Shown: one piece after another, positions 39,357 through 48,064 of the stretch
How the letters are laid out: each line of letters starts with the position of its first letter
Position numbering within the stretch: the stretch's first letter is position 1
From: a virus
DNA: 64,000 bases
Reading direction: 5' to 3' (one strand)
Virus record (IMG/VR): IMGVR_UViG_3300025015_000014
Span: 32,001 to 96,000 of that record
Position numbers and translations under genes: made by a program
Notes under the pieces: model-generated
Told to the model about the DNA's origin: nothing
The model's input: the letters and a program-made list of their open reading frames with translations, nothing else
Databases searched by the model: none

Positions 39357-42197
39357 CTACCCGATCAAGCACTTGTCTCCGCTACATAGGTTGTCATCAA
39401 CATCGTGGCTGGACTCGGTAAGAGCCATGGGCGTGATTCGTGCCATCATGTCCTTGTAGACAACTTCGTCAATCTGTAGATAGGGCGGGTAAAGGTACGA
39501 TTTTCCCTCCCCCTCCTTGGCAGGCAACATGGAGACCCCCTTGAGGCGGTCCTCAAAGGTCTCCAGGCAAGTTCGTAGATCTTGGGTCTCCTCAGGACGG
39601 AAGGTGACCGTAACGCTCACCTGATTATCGGCCCACCGTCTTTGCATATCCACGGCATTGACGAACTGCTCCCAAACCGTCACCTCCCCCTTGCCCTTGA
39701 TGTAGTGCTCCTCCTTGATGGGGAAACCCACCACGGACGTGTCCGGAGCATATGGATCCTCATAGACTGGATGCCCTGCCTTTCGAGCCAGGTCCACCAG
39801 GGCAGACGTGTTGGCCACCCGCACATGTCGAATGTAGTAGGGGGCATGAGGATAGTGAATACCGGGGGTGGCTCCCATCAACAGGGAAACGGTCCCAGAA
39901 GGTTTCACCGTGCTCATCTTGATTGACAAAGGAATCCCAAGCCAATCCGAGTAGACCCGGTCCAGCCGTTGAAGATACCCGTAGCCCTGATCACACCATT
40001 GGAAAAACTGTCGCCGACCGAGCTTGACCATGGCCTGAATAATCCCCGACATGGAACACCCGATCCGTCGGTTCCGGGTCATCACCGCATTGGCCCGCAT
40101 GTCATGAGTAGGCACCAGGGTCACAGTCTTGGCATAGAGATACGCCATCTTCAGGGTTCGCTCGAAATCCTCATAGCTATCGTGACGGGCAGGATAGGTT
40201 TCAGTAAGATTACAACTCTCATAGGACTCAAGTGACATTTCTCCGCAAGGGTTGGTACCCATCACTCGCCAATCCTTGTTGTCTCCCGGCCCCTGCATCC
40301 GAGAGAACTTGCGGGCATTCTCAATCCAGAACACCCCAGGCTCCCCATTGACAGACACAGCATCTACCAATGGCCGGTAATCCATCCCGGCATACCCAAA
40401 GATGCTGTTGTTACTAGCCCAGCGTCTGTCGGCCAAAGCCTTCTTGTCCTGCTTGAGCTTCAGAAACTCCTGGTCAGTAGACTCCCCGAACATGATTTCT
40501 GAAGACCTGCGGATTCCCCCGGCAACAATACACTTGCCGATATAGTTGAAAAGGTCCACAATCTGAGTGGATGTGATCTTCGCAGGCTCCCCCTCCCCGG
40601 TGAAACGAACGCTTGCTTTATCAATGGTCCCTTTCTCCTGGTCTGCCGCGACCTCGAAACGAACCTTCACCCCATCAGGCAACAGAACCCTGGTAATCCC
40701 GGCAACCATGTCTTGAAGCGGCCCTGGACCGGAAGCCGTGCCCCCAAAGGTCTTGAGAGGTATCCCACGACCCCGGACCTTGGAGTAGTCGATGATCGAA
40801 GGATAGGCCCCCTTCCCAACAAAGGAGTTGAGCACGATCCGTAACAGATCCACCCACCCTTCTCGGCTGTCTGCTACCACATGGGGTTCCGAAATAGTCT
40901 TGGGGGCCTGAACCTTGACCTTGCCTGCCCCCCTAGTGTCCCCCCCGACTCCGACTCCCAACATGCTCATGTCCATCAGGAAACAGAAGGGGGCCGCGAA
41001 ATCCTCAGCCAGACCTTCGGAGGACACATACGCGCAATTCTGAAGGCTGGCACTTCCCCGTTCATACACGAGATCCGTGCCCATCATCCAAAGCCCACGA
41101 CCCGGAGGAGTCCACTTGAACTCGAACAGTCTGGCAAACATCTCCTGGGCTGATTTTTGCGCCTTGGGTTCATTCCAGGGCAAACCCATCTGACGGCAAT
41201 GAATCTTCTGGATGTTGAAACAACCCTCAACGACCCGTTGACAGGTCTCCCACCAATCTTCGGAAAGACCGTCGGGCTTGAGCCTGCTGTACGTGTTATG
41301 ACTAGCAAAACCCCCAGTGAAATGGGTTCCCACACTGGTACTAAGTACAGCCACCCTGCGGAGACCTGCGGGTGAGACACGAACCACCCGCACATAATTC
41401 TTTGGCGCACACCGGAGAAGCCCCCCTCCATACTCTCTCAGGTGCTGACGAAAGCGTTCCAGAAGACGGGGAGGTTGAAGGATCCCCAACAAACGAAACA
41501 GGTTCTCCCGCCCCCATGTGCTCAGAGCATAGACCTGTTGCCGTCCCTCGATCTTCATCCTTTCTGATTTCCGGTACGGAAACCCACGAGAAAAGAGGAA
41601 CTTCTCCACCTGTCTCAACATCGGGTTGTCCACCTGGACGAAATTCACACCGTTTCGACGGTCCAGGCATCCTTCCCCATCATAAGCAGCCGATAAAAAA
41701 CCCCCTTCGTAGGTAGCATCCTTCTCCCAAACCGGACCAAAAGGGCGCAGTAAATGTACTGAGTTACCTCTGTCTGTCACCCCCAGATCCTCGGTTTGCC
41801 TCCAATGTAAACGGTTCTCAGTAGTCCCAAATCGCACGAGCCACGGATGATCGGGAGTGGCATAAAGCAGCGTACCGTCCTCCAACTCCACCACATAAGT
41901 CTCCGCTTCCTCTGTTTCATTATGTAGAACCTCCCCCCACCGGATACCCCGAAACATCTCTTCAGCCTCTTCATCAAACCCTACAATGCCCTGTCCTACC
42001 TGCAAGTCCCCGGCGGGCCTCCAAAGAAGATCATCACAAAGGATGGGGGTCTCCACCCCTACGCAACGCTTGAACGTGAACAGACCCAGCCCCGCGTAAC
42101 CCCAAGCCGGAGGCTGGTTTTGAAACGGCTCCAGAAAAGCCGCACTCAGCGAGAAAACGCGAACTTTACGATCATCGGAAACTTGACCGAAGATCAT
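39357..42197 (-). CDS. nrdJ: Class II (B12-dependent, RTPR-type) ribonucleotide reductase containing an intein
   Basis: R/TYSR, PPGRGLW, LQNCA, GTNPCGE, TVKPSGT, C-terminal CSGDKC. Confidence 0.92.
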   Translation of the reverse strand: MIFGQVSDDRKVRVFSLSAAFLEPFQNQPPAWGYAGLGLFTFKRCVGVETPILCDDLLWRPAGDLQVGQGIVGFDEEAEEMFRGIRWGEVLHNETEEAETYVVELEDGTLLYATPDHPWLVRFGTTENRLHWRQTEDLGVTDRGNSVHLLRPFGPVWEKDATYEGGFLSAAYDGEGCLDRRNGVNFVQVDNPMLRQVEKFLFSRGFPYRKSERMKIEGRQQVYALSTWGRENLFRLLGILQPPRLLERFRQHLREYGGGLLRCAPKNYVRVVRVSPAGLRRVAVLSTSVGTHFTGGFASHNTYSRLKPDGLSEDWWETCQRVVEGCFNIQKIHCRQMGLPWNEPKAQKSAQEMFARLFEFKWTPPGRGLWMMGTDLVYERGSASLQNCAYVSSEGLAEDFAAPFCFLMDMSMLGVGVGGDTRGAGKVKVQAPKTISEPHVVADSREGWVDLLRIVLNSFVGKGAYPSIIDYSKVRGRGIPLKTFGGTASGPGPLQDMVAGITRVLLPDGVKVRFEVAADQEKGTIDKASVRFTGEGEPAKITSTQIVDLFNYIGKCIVAGGIRRSSEIMFGESTDQEFLKLKQDKKALADRRWASNNSIFGYAGMDYRPLVDAVSVNGEPGVFWIENARKFSRMQGPGDNKDWRVMGTNPCGEMSLESYESCNLTETYPARHDSYEDFERTLKMAYLYAKTVTLVPTHDMRANAVMTRNRRIGCSMSGIIQAMVKLGRRQFFQWCDQGYGYLQRLDRVYSDWLGIPLSIKMSTVKPSGTVSLLMGATPGIHYPHAPYYIRHVRVANTSALVDLARKAGHPVYEDPYAPDTSVVGFPIKEEHYIKGKGEVTVWEQFVNAVDMQRRWADNQVSVTVTFRPEETQDLRTCLETFEDRLKGVSMLPAKEGEGKSYLYPPYLQIDEVVYKDMMARITPMALTESSHDVDDNLCSGDKCLIG
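41295..42065 (-). mobile_element. Intein in NrdJ (257 aa, one recognisable LAGLIDADG block, Thr at +1)
   Basis: TFKR|CVGVETPIL...TPDHPWL...GGFLSAAYDGEG...FASHN|TYSR. Confidence 0.9.
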
Positions 42198-42247
42198 GCT
42201 ACCCCTTCCGTTCTTGCCATCAGTTGGCTTCCCCTGAGTTCAGGCCA

Positions 42248-43237
42248 TCAACCAGCTATTGCCCTCGTACCAGCACACAACCCCAGCAACCTAGCCGACA
42301 GAACTGCCCAGGGGTCTAGTATTCCTGTGACGACATTCCGTTGGGCTTCCGCAAGAGCACGGAGTATCTGAACAAGCTCTGGCTTGCTCCACCGACCCAT
42401 TCGTTCAATGACCTCTTTCTTGTACCGGAAACCGTGAAACCCCATCTGTGCCGCAGCCTGTTCATGGGGCACACCTTTCTCTTGAAGATCCCGACCTACC
42501 AACCACCGTACCACCGGAGGCATAACCCAGCCTACTAGCTCCATCACCGGGACTTCCTTTCGGGTTTCACGAACCCGCCGCAACATCAACGCAAGTCGCT
42601 TTGTGTCCTTGGCAGACAAGGCATCCACAATCCGTATCATGCTGGTTTCGGCAAGGGGTGCTCGACCTTGAACGAGATGGTTCTCCGTGATGGTGGTCAC
42701 CTTGTCTATGTCTGCCAACATGGATAGCTTCTGAAGCTCAAAGGACAAAACCCCCAGGTCTGGCCCGGAGAGCACAACCAAGCTCTGGGCCAAGCCCGCA
42801 CTGAGAGTCTTGTTCTTTGCCTTGGCCTCGGCGATACAGAACTCGATGGCCTCCTTCTCAACGTCCCAGGGCTTGGGTTCAGGAAAGGTCCGATGCAGAG
42901 TCTTGCCTAGACTGGCTGCGAAGGTCCAGAAAGCCCCTTTCCCAGGGTCTCCCGAACAATGCAGAAGTAACGTGATACCAGCCCAGGGTGCTTTAGCCGT
43001 CTCCTTCAGGAAAGCTAGGGACAGATTCTCTGGTTTGCTGATTATCACCAAACGACTCGGGGCACTGCCTAACGGGTCAGGCATCAAGGCTTCTTCCAGT
43101 TCCCCCTTGTTGTCACCCGTGACCCATAAGACATCCCAACCAAGACGAACTTGGTTCTGAGTCACGGTCTGAATGAACCGGCGAACTCGAAAATCATCGG
43201 ACCCCGAGACGGCCATAACCGGGAACAACTTACTCAT
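42248..43237 (-). CDS. holA: DNA polymerase III delta subunit-like
   Basis: About 330 aa; SGSDDF, GPDLGVLSFELQKL, IVDAL pattern of HolA. Confidence 0.75.
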   Translation of the reverse strand: MSKLFPVMAVSGSDDFRVRRFIQTVTQNQVRLGWDVLWVTGDNKGELEEALMPDPLGSAPSRLVIISKPENLSLAFLKETAKAPWAGITLLLHCSGDPGKGAFWTFAASLGKTLHRTFPEPKPWDVEKEAIEFCIAEAKAKNKTLSAGLAQSLVVLSGPDLGVLSFELQKLSMLADIDKVTTITENHLVQGRAPLAETSMIRIVDALSAKDTKRLALMLRRVRETRKEVPVMELVGWVMPPVVRWLVGRDLQEKGVPHEQAAAQMGFHGFRYKKEVIERMGRWSKPELVQILRALAEAQRNVVTGILDPWAVLSARLLGLCAGTRAIAG

Positions 43238-43881
43238 CCGACCATCCCATCTAACAGAGCACTCACCAAGCCCACCCGAGTTGGCTGTTTCTGACGGGTC
43301 AAGACCCGTAGACTGTCCCACATCTTTCGTCTGGCCGGATGCTGAAGGTCAGAGGCCAAAGTTACGATTATGGCCTGAATCAAGGCATCCACCTTCTCTC
43401 CCTTGGTCTGTTTCTCGATCAGTCGAATCAAAACAGACAAGTCCCCTGTCAACACCCCCTCCAACAAGTCCCAGGCCAAGGAGGTCGTAGCCCCATCCTC
43501 CTCAACAGTGGCCGGAGCCGAACACCAATGTTCAAGACATCGAGAGCGAAGCACCCCCCAAACGTCTTCTAACTCATGTGCCCACAGAACCGGGAGAGTC
43601 ACCCCGGAAGGAAATTCCTCGATGGTCTTGAGTAACGCATCCACGGCATCCGGAGTGGCCCTGTCCATAGGACCGAGAACCACCACCCCGATCTTTTCCC
43701 CGACAGGCGGGCTGAACAGCAACTCCGTGGCTTCGCGGGCCTCGGCAACCTTCAGCCCATCATCCCCAAAGGGCGGAGCCACCAGGCGTCCGTTCACTTG
43801 CCGGACATGGGCCAGACAGGCTGTTCTAGCCCCCGGTCCATGAAACAAGACACAAGAGGCTGACATGACGACAGACATCAC
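43234..43881 (-). CDS. holB: DNA polymerase III delta-prime-like
   Basis: LFHGPG, LKVAEARE, DRATPDAVDALLKTIEE, LRSRC. Confidence 0.78.
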   Translation of the reverse strand: MMSVVMSASCVLFHGPGARTACLAHVRQVNGRLVAPPFGDDGLKVAEAREATELLFSPPVGEKIGVVVLGPMDRATPDAVDALLKTIEEFPSGVTLPVLWAHELEDVWGVLRSRCLEHWCSAPATVEEDGATTSLAWDLLEGVLTGDLSVLIRLIEKQTKGEKVDALIQAIIVTLASDLQHPARRKMWDSLRVLTRQKQPTRVGLVSALLDGMVG

Positions 43882-43901
43882 TCACTGCTACCCGATGGGA
43901 G

Positions 43902-44111
43902 CTACTGGGAAACGTGAAAGGATTTGCCGCAGGTCAGACACTTGTAGCGGATGAACCGACCCCCCTGAATTGGGGTGAAACTACCCCCCGGACCCGTCGC
44001 CTGACGAGAATGAACATTCACGATCTCGGCATGAGTGCCCCCACAGCCTGCGGTTGCCCGACAGGCGATCCAAACTTTGGTACCCTTCGACGGAGGAGTT
44101 GTATTGCCCAT
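43902..44111 (-). CDS. Small zinc-ribbon protein
   Basis: CRATAGC...YKCLTCG. Confidence 0.6.
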   Translation of the reverse strand: MGNTTPPSKGTKVWIACRATAGCGGTHAEIVNVHSRQATGPGGSFTPIQGGRFIRYKCLTCGKSFHVSQ

Positions 44112-44137
44112 TGGTGTACCCTTTCAAGTTGCCCGAA

Positions 44138-44713
44138 CTACTCTACCACCGGGTAGGTCAACTTCAGATGCCCCTCAGGCCAATTCAATTCAGGGTCCAC
44201 CACCGGGAAATCAGGATCCCCGCGAACCGGGAGCACCACCGGCTCACCCGGTACCGGAAGCGGAGATACCCCCTCCGTAGGTATTGTGCTTCCATCAGGA
44301 GCCATCCAGGTAGGTACATAGCCCTGTTTCTGACACTGCTCCCATAAGGCTATCCGAATCTGATCCAGCACATCGGCCACACCTCCCCGATCCTGTTCCC
44401 CAGCCAGCCAACCATTCCGAAAATCCAGGGCCTCAACCACCGAGGCATTCCGTAAACTGGGAGTCGTTTGGGTGATCGGTCCATATTGACCAGCTTGAAG
44501 AATCGGAACCACGACCTTCTGCCAGAAATGCCAGCGAACCTGGAAGGGAAACAAACAGGCATCCCCATCCTGAATAGGCGGCTTGATCAGACTCACCACG
44601 ACATCATGAGAAGGAGCCGCCGATGTGGATCCGGGAAAATCCACCATCGCTCTCCCCGTCAGGATGTTGAGACAACCAATAGCTAGTTGTTGAAGATCCG
44701 TCTCCCGACCCAT
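44138..44713 (-). CDS. Hypothetical protein (first gene of the replication block)
   Basis: GGGGAG RBS, 191-aa ORF. Confidence 0.6.
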   Translation of the reverse strand: MGRETDLQQLAIGCLNILTGRAMVDFPGSTSAAPSHDVVVSLIKPPIQDGDACLFPFQVRWHFWQKVVVPILQAGQYGPITQTTPSLRNASVVEALDFRNGWLAGEQDRGGVADVLDQIRIALWEQCQKQGYVPTWMAPDGSTIPTEGVSPLPVPGEPVVLPVRGDPDFPVVDPELNWPEGHLKLTYPVVE

Positions 44714-44839
44714 GATGACTCCCCCTTGAAGGCCCGTCCAAGCAGATCCTCCATCAAGATCCCGAGAATAACCCCCCCACCGAACCAGGAGCCACTAAAC
44801 TAGAAGCCCCGATAGTTACGTTTCGCGTAACTCTAAAGG

Positions 44840-44931
44840 CCCAAACACCAAACAATGACCCTGATAGTTTGGTTTCACGACATCCTAATGCCCCAAACTC
44901 GAAACAATGACCCCGATAGTTTGGTTCCACG
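44840..44931. repeat. Two 40-bp direct repeats (52-bp period) in an ORF-poor region
   Basis: CCCAAACACCAAACAATGACCCTGATAGTTTGGTTTCACG and CCCAAACTCGAAACAATGACCCCGATAGTTTGGTTCCACG; partial third copy CCCCGATAGTT near 44807. Confidence 0.85.
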
Positions 44932-45632
44932 GTAGTTTGGATTGTGTCAAGGATCTGGAGATAAACTTCGGAGGCCCCCCATCTAAAAAGCGGGGGTTCT
45001 CTCTCCTGAGTCCCGATCCCTAGTAAGGCCATCTACAGCCGTATAGGTACAGGAATCAGTTCAAGAGGAGCAAGAGAAAGCACGATCAGAATCATAACCA
45101 TAACCATTTAGACGGGAGACCTGCGGTCTCCCTTCCCTTGATCTCCTAATGGGGAGATGGACCAAAGGGAAGGAAGAGGAGGATGGTACTGCCATCCAGC
45201 CAACCAGAGATCCCAGTGGGCAGTCTTTACCAGGGATGATCCCCATCCCTGTAGAGTCCCACCTGGTCCTCGTCCCAGGATCTCCTGATGGGAAGATCCT
45301 GGGACAGGGGAGCACCGTAGAGTTGTCTTTTACAAGAACCCGAGGGGAGGGGATCTCCCGCTGGGTCAGGTGTCTCGATATTCCTATCGGGATATCGAGA
45401 CCAGGGATCCGGTTCTGAGGGCGCACACGTAACTCAACGGTTTCCCTCCCTGGTTTCCCAGGTGCCAGTCTCCAGGATTCCTTTGATCCATGGATCCTGT
45501 GCCCAATCGAGACGGCCAAATGGGTGCCTTGCATCCCCAAATAGCACACATTCTGATTGGCGGTACTGGCAAACGGATTGGTCATCCGGAACCTCGATCC
45601 CAGAGGGATCTACCCCCTCGATCAGAGGTTTG

Positions 45633-46742
45633 TCAAGAAAAAGATCGAGGGACTTGGGGAACATCCTCCAGGTATCTGGAAGCAACTCGGGAAATCAAGC
45701 TAGCACGGACCCTGGGGGCGAGCAGATCCTCAATGTTGGGCTTCTCCAGGAGCCAGGGAACACCCTCCTGTTGGTATCTGTTCTCTAGTTTCCGAAGAAG
45801 AGCCTTGTTGGCCCACAGATCTCCAAAGAAACGCTTCCAGGCGGGTCTCCAGAATAAGGCCGAATAGTTCCTCTGACCGTAGCCTTCAGTTGTTGGGGTG
45901 TCCCCGAGATTTCGGCCCACCTCGGATAGACTTGGGATTCGAACCTCTTCTTCCAGAGTGTCCAACCAGACATCCATGAATCGTTGTTCCTTGGAATTGG
46001 CCCAGGATTGGCGCATGAACTGACGGATCTCCTTGCCCAGGGGGTCAGTGAAATCACGGAACAGGATCTTGATAAGGAGGTCACCCGCATCCTGTGTGTC
46101 TGACCGTGACACATCGCGGGTATGTGTGCCCCGACCCTCTTCGGTTTCCTGTTCTATGGAGAGATCCTGTGCTTGATCACGAGCCTCAGTAAGAACCCGT
46201 CGCTTCAGGAGCTTCTGAAGTGGTCCTTTGGCCACCGTCGCAGGAGTCTCATCGCCATTCTGAATGCGAACAGCGAGGTATCGGCCAACCTCATAGGCCG
46301 GTCGCAGGATCCTTCGCGGGATCGTCGTGGCACTCGTGGATAGCCCCATGAGAGCCGTGTTTAGGATGTCATCGGGGGTAGAAGCTACCCCCGTAGTCTT
46401 GACTAACTGATTGAGAGCCGCTTTCAGACCTTGATACATGCCGGTGTTGCCAGGTTCCAACCAACCGGGGGCCAGGGTATCCCCCTGGAATTTGTCGATG
46501 ACATAGGGGAGGGCTTGTTTCCCCTTGCCCCACCAAGTATCCACAGGAACTCCGGCGGCTCCTTCAAGAATTTGAAGTCGGAAGAACAGGTCGTAGGCTG
46601 CATCCATGTAGGCAAGGAGCCATCGACTGGCTACACGATGGCTCCTTTTCTGTTGGGGAGTGGCCAAGTCCCGACTCAATAGTCGGCAGGCCAGCCGAAG
46701 CAACTGCGGGGATTGCATTACTCGGAGCCTTAGGTCGGTCAT
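45633..46742 (-). CDS. Hypothetical protein with RVASR tags at both ends and a possible C-terminal HTH
   Basis: SHRVASRWLLA and SLISRVASRYL; PSLSEVGRNLG HTH-like segment. Confidence 0.7.
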   Translation of the reverse strand: MTDLRLRVMQSPQLLRLACRLLSRDLATPQQKRSHRVASRWLLAYMDAAYDLFFRLQILEGAAGVPVDTWWGKGKQALPYVIDKFQGDTLAPGWLEPGNTGMYQGLKAALNQLVKTTGVASTPDDILNTALMGLSTSATTIPRRILRPAYEVGRYLAVRIQNGDETPATVAKGPLQKLLKRRVLTEARDQAQDLSIEQETEEGRGTHTRDVSRSDTQDAGDLLIKILFRDFTDPLGKEIRQFMRQSWANSKEQRFMDVWLDTLEEEVRIPSLSEVGRNLGDTPTTEGYGQRNYSALFWRPAWKRFFGDLWANKALLRKLENRYQQEGVPWLLEKPNIEDLLAPRVRASLISRVASRYLEDVPQVPRSFS

Positions 46743-46819
46743 TGTTCAAAGTCCTTCCGCTCTCCCCCCGGGGGGAGAGATTTACAGCTTGGTTTTTATA
46801 GCCTGTCTATCGACTCACG

Positions 46820-46855
46820 AAAGTTCTTGACACGATGGGCATGAGGGCTTAGACA
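46820..46855 (+). promoter_or_regulatory. Sigma70-type promoter
   Basis: AAAGTTC-TTGACA-17nt-TAGACA; the same 14-mer AAAGTTCTTGACAC occurs at 61258. Confidence 0.55.
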
Positions 46856-46988
46856 CGGGGAGACTGACGTGTTTGGTTTCACGTCAGTCAACGCTCACCC
46901 GACCCGCTTTCAGAAGCATTGTCCGGGTGGGCAAACAAGAACCGTGGCACCGCCCCCTTCGGGAGGCTCTGCCCAGGAGGATCCTCAA

Positions 46989-48056
46989 ATGGCACATCCG
47001 CCGTCCGCCGGTCATTTCATACCTGCTCTACTGCACCAACTCTATCAAGCCACCGGAGGTCAAGTCGGGGTCTTCGTGACCGATAAGCCTGTCTTACGAG
47101 CTACTGTTCTGGAAGCAGGGTTTGATATCAGCCGACTCAATCAATATGGCCAACCCTCTGAGGGCTGGCGTCTATGGGGTCGTACCCCGGATGGGGTTGC
47201 TAGACGGGCCTGGCGTGCCCTCCAACGACTGCAAAAGATACCTGTGCCCCAGGTGGTCAGGGGACCGAAATATGGCCTGTGGGGGCTTACAGAGGCCGGG
47301 GTAGAGGCTGCTAAAGCCCTACCTCGTGGGAGCAACCTGACAGCAACCTATCTGGGTCGCAGGATGCTAGACACTGGGGGTCCAACGGGCACTTTCTACA
47401 ACACCCTGGCATATGCCGTGATCAAGAAGCTCCCTCTCTCAGCAAACAGGGACCGAATCAACGACCATGTGCAAACCTTCTTGGCCAAGTTGATCACTCG
47501 GGATTCCTTGCGGGGCAAACTCCTTGCCGGTGAACGGATTCAGGACTCTCTCCTCGGCACCTATGCTGTTCGGTCAGCCTACTCCGACTGTCGGGATTGG
47601 GGAACGGAACCAATAGAACGTGAACTCTATGGCGCCCGCACGGAAACGGAACGCCACCGTGAACGTGAAAGGGACCAGGAAACGAAACCTGAAGAGCAGG
47701 AAAATCCACTCTGGGGCACGCCAGAGGTTAATCCCTTGGTGACCCATTTCTTGGATCAGGAGAATGGGTGGGATGTCGAAGACATGGCCGAATCGGCCAA
47801 GGCCAGACTTGTCGATGACAGGATTACCTGGGAAGCCATCTGGTCACAGGTTCGAGCAACCCTCAAGGCTCGCCATATCGGTCAAGCAGCCGAGATTCTC
47901 CGGCTACATGGACATGAAGACATGACCGTTGATGAGATTGGCTTGCAAATGGGCCTCCCGATTCATCGTGTGTCTGTCTTGCTTGCCCAGGCCCAGAAGA
48001 CCTTCGTTCGGACGATGGCCCAGAATGGATTGCCTATCCCGGAGAGATACATCTAG
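46989..48056 (+). CDS. Sigma-70/ECF-like factor with an N-terminal Mrr_N-like winged helix
   Basis: GGAGG RBS; FIPALL...GLWGLTEAG; region-2-like DHVQTFLAKL...AYSDCR; region-4-like EILRLH..DMTVDEIGLQMGLPIHRVSVLLAQA. Confidence 0.65.
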   Translation: MAHPPSAGHFIPALLHQLYQATGGQVGVFVTDKPVLRATVLEAGFDISRLNQYGQPSEGWRLWGRTPDGVARRAWRALQRLQKIPVPQVVRGPKYGLWGLTEAGVEAAKALPRGSNLTATYLGRRMLDTGGPTGTFYNTLAYAVIKKLPLSANRDRINDHVQTFLAKLITRDSLRGKLLAGERIQDSLLGTYAVRSAYSDCRDWGTEPIERELYGARTETERHRERERDQETKPEEQENPLWGTPEVNPLVTHFLDQENGWDVEDMAESAKARLVDDRITWEAIWSQVRATLKARHIGQAAEILRLHGHEDMTVDEIGLQMGLPIHRVSVLLAQAQKTFVRTMAQNGLPIPERYI

Positions 48057-48064
48057 CTCGTTGG

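Noticed and set aside
44840-44931. CRISPR mini-array
   Set aside because: Only two imperfect repeats separated by 12 nt, with no spacer-length unique sequence and no cas operon.
45061-45585. 174-aa - strand ORF and overlapping ORFs in the gap
   Set aside because: No motif or clear RBS, and several competing frames of similar quality; left unannotated.
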